From: Clostridia bacterium
GTDB lineage: Bacteria; Bacillota; Clostridia; Oscillospirales; CAG-272
Assembly (NCBI GenBank): GCA_017505745.1
Contig: JAFVOP010000018.1
Coordinates: 1 to 53,266, forward strand
DNA: 53,266 nt
Direction of reading: 5' to 3'
Numbering within the stretch: position 1 is the stretch's first letter; every line of letters starts with the position of its first letter. A program made the position numbers and the translations under genes. Below, piece by piece: positions 8,555 through 17,508 of the stretch. Below the pieces are notes generated by a model. It was not told where the DNA came from. It worked only from the letters and a program-made list of their open reading frames with translations, and searched no databases.

Positions 8555-8761
8555 CTCTTCCGCACGGTCAAGGCGGCGTTCGGGCAGCGTCGGAAAACGC
8601 TGGTCAACGCCCTGGGCGCCGGCTTCCCGGATCTTTCGCGCGAGCAGATCACATATACCGTTACCGCCTGCGGCCACGATCTCAACGTCCGCGGCGAGCG
8701 CCTCGACATTGCGCAGTTTGTGGAGCTTTCCAACCGAATTTGCAACACGTTGCAAGTATAA
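8555..8761 (+). pseudogene. rsmA: Duplicated 3' fragment of rsmA (alternative C-terminus)
   Basis: Collinear copy of 6762-6968 (offset 1793), open to a TAA at the equivalent position: LFRTVKAAFGQRRKTLVNALGAGFPDLSREQITYTVTACGHDLNVRGERLDIAQFVELSNRICNTLQV*. No start codon. Confidence 0.92.
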
Positions 8762-8808
8762 AAAATTCACGGATATACGCTCCATCGGGAGTCGCATATC
8801 CGTGATTT

Positions 8809-9318
8809 TTATTTTTGCAAGGCCTTTTCCGCTTCGATCTCTGCCATGAGCTCCTCATAGAGCCGATCAAGAGTCCCCCGTAGCGTTTGACCGTTGGATT
8901 CGTAGCAATAATCAAATGCGAGCACGCAGTCTCCCTCCACCTCCGAGGAAGGAAAAAACTCCATATCCGAGCTCAGGAAAAACGCGTTTATCAAATTGGC
9001 AAATTGTTTGGAACGAAATAAAAAGGAAGGCGCCGAAACCTCAAAGGAAAGTATTTGCAAAGGCTCGGACAACAATACGGTCAACCTTGCCCCGTAAGCC
9101 ATGGACATTGCAGCCAATACCCCTGCAAGCTGTAAAACGTCCCTTTTGTGTTTGGAAGAGAGCGTTTTCCAAAAAGCATGCTCCGAAAACGCCTTTAAAA
9201 GATTCGAATCCAAATACATTCTCTCATCGCGTAGCTTTCTATTCTCGGTTTCGGTGTATTCCGCATAATAGAGCGTGCAAATAGTCACATCCTGAAGTTC
9301 CCTGTCCGTTTTTTTCAT
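8809..9318 (-). CDS. Hypothetical protein
   Basis: 169-aa ORF with a GGAGG RBS, directly downstream of structured leader copy A; no motif recognised. Confidence 0.7.
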   Translation of the reverse strand: MKKTDRELQDVTICTLYYAEYTETENRKLRDERMYLDSNLLKAFSEHAFWKTLSSKHKRDVLQLAGVLAAMSMAYGARLTVLLSEPLQILSFEVSAPSFLFRSKQFANLINAFFLSSDMEFFPSSEVEGDCVLAFDYCYESNGQTLRGTLDRLYEELMAEIEAEKALQK

Positions 9319-9330
9319 TTACCCTCCAAA

Positions 9331-9553
9331 TACAAAAAAGTGCGCGCAACCGAAGTCACACGCACCGAAAAATGCATAGCCCCGATTGCTGCGACACAAT
9401 TTAACTTTTTTACACCATATCAACGACAAGCGTACAAAAAGGGAGCATACATTTTTACCGAAGTAAAAAATGTACACCAGTCGAGAATATGGACTCATAT
9501 TAAATTGTGTCGCATCCTTATTTTATCACAAAAAAAGAGATTTGTAAACACTT
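9331..9553 (-). ncRNA. Putative structured leader/attenuator RNA with its own promoter (copy A)
   Basis: Minus strand TTTACA-17-TAAAAT with extended TG; perfect 15-bp inverted repeat 9390-9404/9500-9514; internal TTTTAC-TTCG-GTAAAA hairpin; GTGCG...CGCAC-TTTTTT terminator. Confidence 0.6.
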
Positions 9554-9572
9554 GATTGCAAAAAATTCGGCA

Positions 9573-9626
9573 TTATTTTCTGAATCGAATATTCGTGCCT
9601 GAAACGAGAACATACATTCTATGCAT
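9573..9626 (-). CDS. Possible 17-aa peptide or gene remnant (MHRMYVLVSGTNIRFRK)
   Basis: AAGGGG RBS-like sequence at the same position after the copy-B terminator as the RBS of the 169-aa gene after copy A. Confidence 0.3.
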   Translation of the reverse strand: MHRMYVLVSGTNIRFRK

Positions 9627-9638
9627 CGCCCCTTTAAA

Positions 9639-9835
9639 TGCAAAAAAGTGCGCAGCCGAAGCCACGCACCGAAAAATGCATAGCCTCGATTGCTGCGACA
9701 CAACTTCGTCTTCCAAAAGGATAAGCGAATAAGAGGTTGCATTTTTACCGAAAGTAAAATTGCCACCTTTTGAAAGACATATTCGGTTGTGTCGCACCCT
9801 TATTCTATCACAAAAAAAGGAATTTGTAAACACTT
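9639..9835 (-). ncRNA. Putative structured leader/attenuator RNA with its own promoter (copy B)
   Basis: TTTACA-17-TAGAAT; 11-bp inverted repeat 9694-9704/9786-9796 with a compensatory change relative to copy A; inner stem GTCTTCCAAAAGG/CCTTTTGAAAGAC; same terminator type. Confidence 0.6.
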
Positions 9836-10029
9836 AACCGAAGAAATTTTTTGTAAATCCCTTAAAAAGATGTTTTTTCGCGAGAAAATTGCCAAATTCT
9901 ATTGCATTTTCGCGCGATTTGTTTTATAATATAGGATGACTTAAACTGCCGCGGAAAAATCCGTTGGCAAATATCTTATATTTCGTCCCCGCCGAAAAGC
10001 GACGGGAGACCTCAGGAGGAAACAGCATT

Positions 10030-11244
10030 ATGAAAATTCTGGTTGTAAACGCCGGCAGCTCGTCGCTGAAATATCAGCTCTTTGACATGAGCAACGGCAG
10101 CGTAATGGCAAAGGGTATTTGCGAAAAGATCGGCATCAACGCCACCAGCGGAAGCATTACCCACAAGCGCCCCAACGCCGAGCCCTTTAGCGCAGACATC
10201 CCGATTCCCGATCACAACACTGCCATCAAGCTGGTGCTTGAAAAGCTCACCGATAAGGAGCTGGGCGTGATTTCCGACGTTTCCGAGATCGCGGCCGTTG
10301 GTCACCGCTTTGTGCACGGCGGCAAGCTGAAGGAATCCAACATCCTCAACGAGGAGATTCTGGCTTACATCGAATCGATCGTTCCGATCAACCCCCTGCA
10401 CGGCCCCGCATCTCTGAAGGGCGTATACGCTTGCATCAAGGCAATGCCCAACGTTCCGCAGGTCGGTGTATATGACAGTGCCTTCTTTGCGCAAATGCCA
10501 GAGGCAGCTTATACCTATGCAATTCCCTACGAGTGGACCGAAAAATACGGCATCCGCCGCTACGGCTTCCACGGAACCTCGCACCGCTACGTTTCCCAGG
10601 AGGCTGCCAAGTACATCGGCAAGCCGATTGAGGATCTGAAGATCATCACCTGCCACCTCGGCTCGGGCTCTTCGGTTTCGGCCATCAAAAACGGCATCGC
10701 CGTAGACACCTCCATGGGCTTTACTCCCCAGGACGGCCTGGCAATGGGCACCCGTTGCGGTCCTCTCGATCCCTCGATCGTCACCTTCCTGATCAACAAG
10801 GGCTTTACGGCAGACGAGCTTGACACGGCGCTTACCAAGAAGTCGGGTCTGATCGGTGTATCGGGCGTATCGAGCGACGCGCGCGACGTTTGGGCGGCTG
10901 TAGAGCAGGGCAACGAGCGTGCAAAGCTGGCTATGGATCTGGTTGTACATCACACCAAGAAGCTGGTGGGAAGCTACATCGCAGAGATGAACGGCGTTGA
11001 CGTGATCGTCATCACCGCAGGACTGGGTGAGAACGATTGCCGCGTACGCAACATGATCTTTACCAACATGGAATACCTTGGCATCAAGATCAACGAGGAG
11101 CTGAACATGAACGCACCTCGCGGAACCACTGTTGAGCTGACCGCAGAGGGCTCCAAGGTTCGCGTGCTCATCCTCCCCACCGACGAGGAGCTGATGATCG
11201 CAAAGGATACCCAGCGCCTGGCCAACGAGTTCTACGCAAAATAA
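10030..11244 (+). CDS. ackA: Acetate kinase
   Basis: ILVVNAGSSSLK, GHRFVHGG, RRYGFHGTSH, TCHLGSGSS, TSMGFTP, PTDEE motifs. Confidence 0.97.
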   Translation: MKILVVNAGSSSLKYQLFDMSNGSVMAKGICEKIGINATSGSITHKRPNAEPFSADIPIPDHNTAIKLVLEKLTDKELGVISDVSEIAAVGHRFVHGGKLKESNILNEEILAYIESIVPINPLHGPASLKGVYACIKAMPNVPQVGVYDSAFFAQMPEAAYTYAIPYEWTEKYGIRRYGFHGTSHRYVSQEAAKYIGKPIEDLKIITCHLGSGSSVSAIKNGIAVDTSMGFTPQDGLAMGTRCGPLDPSIVTFLINKGFTADELDTALTKKSGLIGVSGVSSDARDVWAAVEQGNERAKLAMDLVVHHTKKLVGSYIAEMNGVDVIVITAGLGENDCRVRNMIFTNMEYLGIKINEELNMNAPRGTTVELTAEGSKVRVLILPTDEELMIAKDTQRLANEFYAK

Positions 11245-11251
11245 GAGCGAT

Positions 11252-11285
11252 AAAAAACCGCACCTCAACCGGAGGTGCGGTTTTT
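11252..11285. terminator. Bidirectional intrinsic terminator
   Basis: AAAAAACCGCACCTC-AACCG-GAGGTGCGGTTTTT between the convergent ackA and AraC genes. Confidence 0.85.
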
Positions 11286-11316
11286 GTATGCAAGGTCTCA
11301 CGCGGCGGTAGCGCAA

Positions 11317-12186
11317 TCAAATAACGCTACCGTAAGTGCTACTTGTCCCCCGCTTTTGTCCCTTTTTGTATTGCAGCGGAGTGATGCCAAATTGCTTTTT
11401 AAACAAAGATATAAAATATGAGCTATCCGAAATTCCCACGCTCATACAAGCCTCGGTAACCGTAGCCCCATCCAACAGCAGCTTTGCGGCCTGCGAAAGC
11501 TTTTGAAAAATCAAATATTGGTGAAAGGAAAGATGCAAATAGCGGCGAAACCAGCGATTCATCGTAGCGGTACTAACAAAATGCCGCTTTGAAAGATCTG
11601 CCTGACTGTTGATGGATGCAAAATTTTGGTTGATATCCTCCAGAATCTGCTGCAACGCAACGGGAATATCGGCTCTTGCAGAAGCATTGGAATCCACTTC
11701 CTCAAGCAACGCTAAAACCTGCAATACCTGAGAGGTTTGCCGAAGCGACGTTTTTCGTTCTTCGGTATCATATCTTAACCGAGTAAGCAACGAAACCAAA
11801 CGGGCTTGTTGATCGGAGTCCAGAGAAAGAACCGGATAAAAGTGCTCCTTATGCAAAAAAGCAAATAGCTCGCAATCCATGCGATCGTCCACCCAAAAAC
11901 AAAACCACTCTTGCACACGGGATTCGCGAAAAATACAAACGTGCGGAGTGCCGGCCTTGGAGATGACCGCTTCCCCGGGACGAACGTCGTAGACCTTGCC
12001 GTCAATAAGAAACGAGAGGTTACCGGAAACGTTGTAAAGAAGCTCCATATGCGGATGAATATGAAGCGGCTCCAGAGAAGGATCGTTTACATCAACAAAT
12101 TCGCATTGATGTCGAACTGCATACGGAATAATGGGAACAAAGGCAAGCCGTTGCTCCATTTTAGGGGGATAAATTGGCTCGTACAT
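11317..12186 (-). CDS. AraC family transcriptional regulator
   Basis: Cupin-like N-terminus (LHIHPHMELLY) and C-terminal HTH (VTEACMSVGISDSSYFISLFKKQFGITPLQY); divergent from the GH36 gene. Confidence 0.93.
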   Translation of the reverse strand: MYEPIYPPKMEQRLAFVPIIPYAVRHQCEFVDVNDPSLEPLHIHPHMELLYNVSGNLSFLIDGKVYDVRPGEAVISKAGTPHVCIFRESRVQEWFCFWVDDRMDCELFAFLHKEHFYPVLSLDSDQQARLVSLLTRLRYDTEERKTSLRQTSQVLQVLALLEEVDSNASARADIPVALQQILEDINQNFASINSQADLSKRHFVSTATMNRWFRRYLHLSFHQYLIFQKLSQAAKLLLDGATVTEACMSVGISDSSYFISLFKKQFGITPLQYKKGQKRGTSSTYGSVI

Positions 12187-12197
12187 ATTCCCTCCCA

Positions 12198-12261
12198 TTT
12201 GATCGAAATCTTTTATTTTTTGATTGAATAATTATAGAAATAGGAAAACTGATATGATATT
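12198..12261 (+). promoter_or_regulatory. Putative AraC-type tandem sites and -10 upstream of the GH36 gene
   Basis: TTTGATCGAAA (12198) and TTTGATTGAAT (12219), 21 bp apart, then ATATGATATT; the same layout recurs at 18721-18816. Confidence 0.5.
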
Positions 12262-12343
12262 ATATCATAGAAAGCAAGAAAAGTCAAGCAATTGCCCATG
12301 CTTTATCAAATAAGACTGTCAGTAGAAAAAAGGAGTGTTTCCA

Positions 12344-14188
12344 ATGATCACTTTGTCAACAACGGCTCGCATCAACGGCATGCAATGGAATCTTTCCGAA
12401 AACCGTCTTCCCACACTTCTTGCCACGGCTCAGGACGAACACGGTACGGAAGGATACGTCTACCGAAAGCTCTCTTTGAAAAATCCGGGAAAGGAAAACA
12501 GCCCGCAGATCAGTGAGATTGTGACCCTTGGTGTAGAGCTTCCCTGTAAGGATACCGCTGTTTTTCATTCCTTGAACGGCGACAACCGCACGCAAAACAG
12601 CTTTTTGCCCTATAACAGGAGCCTGCAGGTGGGAGATTGCTTTACCTTTGAGCCTTTTGAAGGTCGCTCCTCCGACACCTCCGCATTTCCGATCTTTGAT
12701 TTGACGCTGGATGGGCATCCCTTCCTGTTTGCCGTTGGCTACACGGGACAGTGGAAGGCAGAGATCGCCCGTACCGAAACGGCGGTTACGGTGCAGATCG
12801 GTCACGGATATGCAGACTTCTACCTGTTGCCCGGAGAAGACGTGCAGCTGCCGTCGGCACTGGTGATGGAAGGACAGCCAAACGAAGATACCGCATCGCT
12901 TCGGCGTCGCTTCCGTCGGGTTCTGGCAACCGATTTCAATCCTTTGCCCGCACACATGGACTATCCGCCTCTCTCCATCCAGCAGTATGACCGTTATAAA
13001 CGGACTCCGCAATGGGATATGTGGGTTTCCTATGAGGGTCAGCTCCGCTCGGTAGAAAAGGCGGCCGCATGCAAATACATTGACACCTATTGGCTGGATG
13101 CCGCTTGGTTCCCCGGCCGCTTCCCCCACGGTGTGGGAAATTACTCCTATACCGAGGCACTTTCCAAGGGATTGAAGCCGATTGCGGATGCTGCGCACGA
13201 AAGAGACATGCATTTTATGGTATGGTTTGAGCCTGAGCGTGCACGCGCCGGCACCGAGACCTTTGAGCAGCACCCCGAATTCCTGCTCTCGGCAAAAAGC
13301 ATTGGCGAGGAGGACAGCTTCCTGTACAAGCTGGACGACCGTCTGGTGAATCTGGGGCGTGAGGATGCCTACCAATACGTCTATGAAAACGTGTCGCGCT
13401 TGCTCCGTGAGAATCACATTGACTATTACCGCCAGGACTTCAATATGCGTCCCATGCGCTATTGGGTAGAAAATGACGAGCCCGGTCGGCTGGGAATCAA
13501 TGAATTGAAGCACATCCGCAACCTGTACCGCTTGTGGGATTCCCTGAAAGAGGAATTCCCCGGACTCTTCATCGACAACTGCTCCAGCGGTGGCAGACGC
13601 CTGGACCTGGAGGCCCTGCGCCGCGCGGTTCCCATGTGGCGTAGTGACGTGACCTGTCGCCCGGTGTCCGAAACCGAGCACAGTGACGTATGGAACCAGA
13701 ATATCACACTTTCCCTGAGCGAATACCTCCCCTATCATTGCACGGGAGCATGGGTACCGATTGCAAACCAAATGCGTGCCGCTGCTACCATTGCGGTAGG
13801 TGTGGATTACGACGTGCTCAATGAAGAATTTGACTTTGCTCGCGCACAAACCGCACTCGCGGAGGTCGTTCGGCTCCGCAAGTATCACAAGGGAGATTTC
13901 TATCCCCTTTCCTCTCCAACGCTGAACGAGGACGTGTTCATTTCCTATCAGTTCGCATTGGATGGTGACGGTGTTGTTTACGTCTTCCGTCGCGTGGACT
14001 GCAAGGAAACGGTGCATACCGTCAAGCTGCAGAGCATTGACCGCGAGGCCACCTACCTTCTGCGCATCTCCGATGAAGACTATGCCGTGCGGGAGGAACA
14101 GGTACGCGGTGCGGATCTGCTTTGCGGATACTCGATAGAGCTTCCGCTTCCGCAATCCAGCGCCGTGATCGAATACCGCAAGCTTTGA
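12344..14188 (+). CDS. Alpha-galactosidase-like glycoside hydrolase (GH36)
   Basis: WLDAAWF, VWFEPE, DYYRQDFN, IDNCSSGGRRLD, WRSD motifs. Confidence 0.88.
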   Translation: MITLSTTARINGMQWNLSENRLPTLLATAQDEHGTEGYVYRKLSLKNPGKENSPQISEIVTLGVELPCKDTAVFHSLNGDNRTQNSFLPYNRSLQVGDCFTFEPFEGRSSDTSAFPIFDLTLDGHPFLFAVGYTGQWKAEIARTETAVTVQIGHGYADFYLLPGEDVQLPSALVMEGQPNEDTASLRRRFRRVLATDFNPLPAHMDYPPLSIQQYDRYKRTPQWDMWVSYEGQLRSVEKAAACKYIDTYWLDAAWFPGRFPHGVGNYSYTEALSKGLKPIADAAHERDMHFMVWFEPERARAGTETFEQHPEFLLSAKSIGEEDSFLYKLDDRLVNLGREDAYQYVYENVSRLLRENHIDYYRQDFNMRPMRYWVENDEPGRLGINELKHIRNLYRLWDSLKEEFPGLFIDNCSSGGRRLDLEALRRAVPMWRSDVTCRPVSETEHSDVWNQNITLSLSEYLPYHCTGAWVPIANQMRAAATIAVGVDYDVLNEEFDFARAQTALAEVVRLRKYHKGDFYPLSSPTLNEDVFISYQFALDGDGVVYVFRRVDCKETVHTVKLQSIDREATYLLRISDEDYAVREEQVRGADLLCGYSIELPLPQSSAVIEYRKL

Positions 14189-14262
14189 TCCTTGCATGCA
14201 CAAAAAACAGGCATCCGCTAAAACACGGTTGCCTGTTTTTGAATGGTAACACTTTGCAAAGC

Positions 14263-15369
14263 TCAAAAATCCGGATTGTCTTTCATAATTACTTCCAAAT
14301 GGGCGGAAATAGATTCCGCCATTCCCCGATAGCCCAAGTCATTGGGATGCGTACCATCCAACATCGCCTCATCGTCTCCGTAAGGAAGCAAATATTCGCG
14401 TCCGTCGATAAAATAGACGTTTTCATCTCCGTTTTGCAGAGCCTCGGAATAGGTTTGATACACCACATCGCGCATCTGCTTGTTGAATTCATGCTCGGGG
14501 CGCATATTGGGACGTGTGAGCATGATTACAGGCAGATTGGGGTGGCTTTCTCGGATGCGCGCAAAGAACGGGCGGTGCGTCTGTTGCAAATGCTCCACGG
14601 TAAGCGCGTTGTGATCGTAATCCATCACAAACGCCGCCATTTCCAAGCCTGCAATATAATCCGCCATGGCGGGCTCCCCCTTGGCGTTGCCCGAAAAGCC
14701 CAAATTCAAGGTGTTCAGATTGAAGCGGTTGGAAAGAATATTGGAACAAACCAGTCCGGGACGCGATGCTCCCGTCCCATGTGTAATCGACGATCCGTAA
14801 AAAACGACGGGTTTTGGATTGCGATACGCTTTCCCCTTCCCCAATTTCGCATCCGGTCGGACACCAATCCACAAATTTTTCACACGAGCATGGGTGGGAA
14901 AGAAGATGGTAATATTCCGTGTTTCACGCGTCCGAAACGGGACGCGCATCAACTGCTCGTATCCGTCGGTCGTTCCGTACGGTGGGAGAAACGGCGCTTG
15001 GAAGTGACTTTCGTCGTTCCCGTCTACATACGCATCAAAGCCTGCCGAGGCAAGTAAGGTCAGATGCGGACTATAGGCAATCGCCGCCATTTCCGCACGG
15101 ACGGCAATCACGTCCGAATCCGTGGAAAAGCGAACACGGCACCCGGTAGGCTCCTTGGCAAGGCGCTCCACCCCTTCACTGACCGAAGCGGCAACCTCAT
15201 TCGGCATCCGAACAAACCACGGCTCCCTCAGAGAATCATACGCACCGTATACCTCAAACGGTTCTTGACGAACAGAAAACATTTGAACATTCACGTTGCG
15301 GATAGAGGACTCCACAATCATGTTGGGATCGACTTCAACGTAAGAAAAATCCTTTTCTTGATTGCTCAT
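14263..15369 (-). CDS. SGNH/GDSL hydrolase (esterase) with N-terminal GxDxY domain
   Basis: GFDAY, VFYGSSITHG, NLGFSGNAKGE, DYDHNA, DGTHPND motifs. Confidence 0.9.
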   Translation of the reverse strand: MSNQEKDFSYVEVDPNMIVESSIRNVNVQMFSVRQEPFEVYGAYDSLREPWFVRMPNEVAASVSEGVERLAKEPTGCRVRFSTDSDVIAVRAEMAAIAYSPHLTLLASAGFDAYVDGNDESHFQAPFLPPYGTTDGYEQLMRVPFRTRETRNITIFFPTHARVKNLWIGVRPDAKLGKGKAYRNPKPVVFYGSSITHGTGASRPGLVCSNILSNRFNLNTLNLGFSGNAKGEPAMADYIAGLEMAAFVMDYDHNALTVEHLQQTHRPFFARIRESHPNLPVIMLTRPNMRPEHEFNKQMRDVVYQTYSEALQNGDENVYFIDGREYLLPYGDDEAMLDGTHPNDLGYRGMAESISAHLEVIMKDNPDF

Positions 15370-15532
15370 TTCTGTACTCCTTTGTTCCCCAAAATAGGCA
15401 TTTAAAGTATAGCATAGTGACTTGAATTTGTCCACAAAAAGAAAAAAGGCAGAAAAATTTTCTTTCTGCCTTTTCCGTTTGGGACCCCCGATTGGATCCG
15501 GGGACCTCCGGTTGTGTTTGCGATGCGGTCCT

Positions 15533-16144
15533 TCAATCCTTGCGGATCACCTTTTTCTGCCAGGATCTCTTTTGGCAGTTCGGGCATTTCATATAGCGCG
15601 TTCTGCCCATGTGCATCGCCATAAATACGCTTTGATAGGAAGGAACGTAGCGATGTCCGCAGTGCGCGCACTGATAGTAGCCGGCCGTCTGCTCGATCCT
15701 GAGCATAAAAGGCGTAGCAAACAGGATAGGAAAGAATCCGATCAGGATCAGCACCACGCGCAGCCACTCCTGCATTTGCACCAAGCCGGCGATCAACAAC
15801 AATGCCAGCAGCACAAGCAGGCAGACTCCCCCAATGAAGACCTCCATCATCAGCAGCCGTTTATCGGCCTCTTCCTTTTGTTTGACCATTTCCAGTAAAA
15901 TTTTTTCCGATTCTTTGTTGTAATTATCCATAGTAACTACCTCCCCACATAATAAATCGTTCACGCTGATGTTCAGAATCGCACACAGATCCAGCATGAT
16001 TGAGGAATCCGGCATGGCCTTGCCGGTCTCCCATTTCGAAACTGCCCGATCGGTGAGATTCAGTTTTTCTGCCAACTGCATTTGCGTGAGCTTTTGTTTT
16101 TTTCTGCAATCGGCAATGAACCGTCCGATCTTTACCTGATCCAT
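15533..16144 (-). CDS. XRE-family HTH regulator with 2 TM helices and a C-terminal Cys-rich (zinc-ribbon) domain
   Basis: TQMQLAEKLNLTDRAVSKWETG; two hydrophobic helices; CAHC...CPNC. Confidence 0.9.
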   Translation of the reverse strand: MDQVKIGRFIADCRKKQKLTQMQLAEKLNLTDRAVSKWETGKAMPDSSIMLDLCAILNISVNDLLCGEVVTMDNYNKESEKILLEMVKQKEEADKRLLMMEVFIGGVCLLVLLALLLIAGLVQMQEWLRVVLILIGFFPILFATPFMLRIEQTAGYYQCAHCGHRYVPSYQSVFMAMHMGRTRYMKCPNCQKRSWQKKVIRKD

Positions 16145-16323
16145 AAGGTACCTCCTTTCGCCTCCAGTATAGCCGAAGGCAGAGCAAAAATCTACACACC
16201 GACGGTTGAGTGGGAAGGTATTAACCAACGGTAGAGTGTATGCTTTTATATTTTTTATTCTCGTACAAAAAACAAACGCCTGTCAATGAAAAAACGTTGA
16301 TTTTCGTATGAATGCGGATAAGG

Positions 16324-16353
16324 AAAAAGAGGATGCCCTTGCATCCTCTTTTT
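16324..16353. terminator. Intrinsic terminator after secG
   Basis: AAAAAGAGGATGC-CCTT-GCATCCTCTTTTT. Confidence 0.8.
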
Positions 16354-16356
16354 GTT

Positions 16357-16596
16357 TCAGGCTACCAAAATGGTCAATACAACCGAAAGAGCCACGAACA
16401 GAATCGACAGAACAACCGTCAGTCTGAATAAAAGCTTATCCTTGGTAGAACCGCCTGACTTGCCGAAATAGGTATCCGAGCCGCCTGCGATAGTGCCGGA
16501 CAGTCCCTTTTCCTTGCCGGTCTGCTTCAGGATAATAGCGACCAAAACCACTGCAATCGCCAGAAGCAAGCCACCGATAATATACTGTGCTACCAT
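16357..16596 (-). CDS. secG: Preprotein translocase subunit SecG
   Basis: Two TM helices flanking Q...GLSGTIAGG; 79 aa; GGAGG RBS. Confidence 0.92.
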   Translation of the reverse strand: MVAQYIIGGLLLAIAVVLVAIILKQTGKEKGLSGTIAGGSDTYFGKSGGSTKDKLLFRLTVVLSILFVALSVVLTILVA

Positions 16597-16813
16597 ACGA
16601 AACCTCCCATTTTTTTGCATTTCATTCCGGAAAACCCGGACATACTTCACACGATACCTGTACATTATATCATATCCGTTTGCAAAATGCAATAGGATTT
16701 TCAAATTTTTCAAGGATATTTTTTCTCATGCTTTGAAAAGCGGCCGACAGTTGACAATTCGACCGTTTTTTGTTATAATGAGATGTAACGTTAGCTAAGA
16801 AAGGATCGCCGTG

Positions 16814-17455
16814 ATGACCAAGCAGCAAAAGCGGGCGCGAATGTCCGAAATCGTGAATAAATTAAAAGAGGTGTATCCGGAGGCAGTTTGCGCATTGGAA
16901 TGGAACGGCGAGCCCTGGAAGCTTTTGATCATGGGACGGCTCTCTGCGCAGTGTACCGACGCGCGTGTGAATACGGTATGCCGTGAGCTGTTCGCCGCTT
17001 ACCCTACCCCACAGGCGCTTGCCAACGCCGAGATCTCGGATATCGAGCGCTACATCCGCTCCTGCGGCCTTTATCACGTCAAAGCGCAAAATACCAAGGA
17101 CGCCTGTGCCATGCTGGTCAACGACTATCACGGGGTTCTCCCCAACACAATGGAGGAGCTGCTCAAATTTCCCGGCGTGGGGCGCAAGGTGGCCAATCTT
17201 TTGCTGGGCGACCTCTACCGTACCGGTGGGATCGTGGCAGATACGCACTGCATCCGCATCTGCGGACGCTTTGGCATGTATCCCGAATCGCTCAAGGATC
17301 CGGTCAAGGTGGAAAAAATTATGAACGAATTGGTAGCCCCCGAGGAGATCTCGGATTTCTGCCACCGCATCGTCCAGTTCGGCCGCGACACCTGCTCCGC
17401 ACGTGCACCCAAATGCAACGAGTGCCCTCTGCGCGAATTATGCGAGCATACATAA
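16814..17455 (+). CDS. nth: Endonuclease III
   Basis: LSAQCTD, HhH PGVGRKVAN, DTH, C-terminal [4Fe-4S] motif CSARAPKCNECPLRELC. Confidence 0.96.
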   Translation: MTKQQKRARMSEIVNKLKEVYPEAVCALEWNGEPWKLLIMGRLSAQCTDARVNTVCRELFAAYPTPQALANAEISDIERYIRSCGLYHVKAQNTKDACAMLVNDYHGVLPNTMEELLKFPGVGRKVANLLLGDLYRTGGIVADTHCIRICGRFGMYPESLKDPVKVEKIMNELVAPEEISDFCHRIVQFGRDTCSARAPKCNECPLRELCEHT

Positions 17456-17508
17456 CGAACTCCGCTCCCCGGCGATACGGCAAGGGAGCGGAGTATTTTT
17501 GATACGTA

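Noticed and set aside
8555-8761. Diversity-generating retroelement TR/VR pair with the rsmA 3' end
   Set aside because: The differences are not restricted to adenines, and no reverse transcriptase was recognised.
9390-9514. Invertible (phase-variable) DNA segment bounded by 15-bp inverted repeats
   Set aside because: The promoter lies outside the repeats, no recombinase gene is nearby, and the nested stems plus terminator fit an RNA structure better. Not fully excluded without reads.
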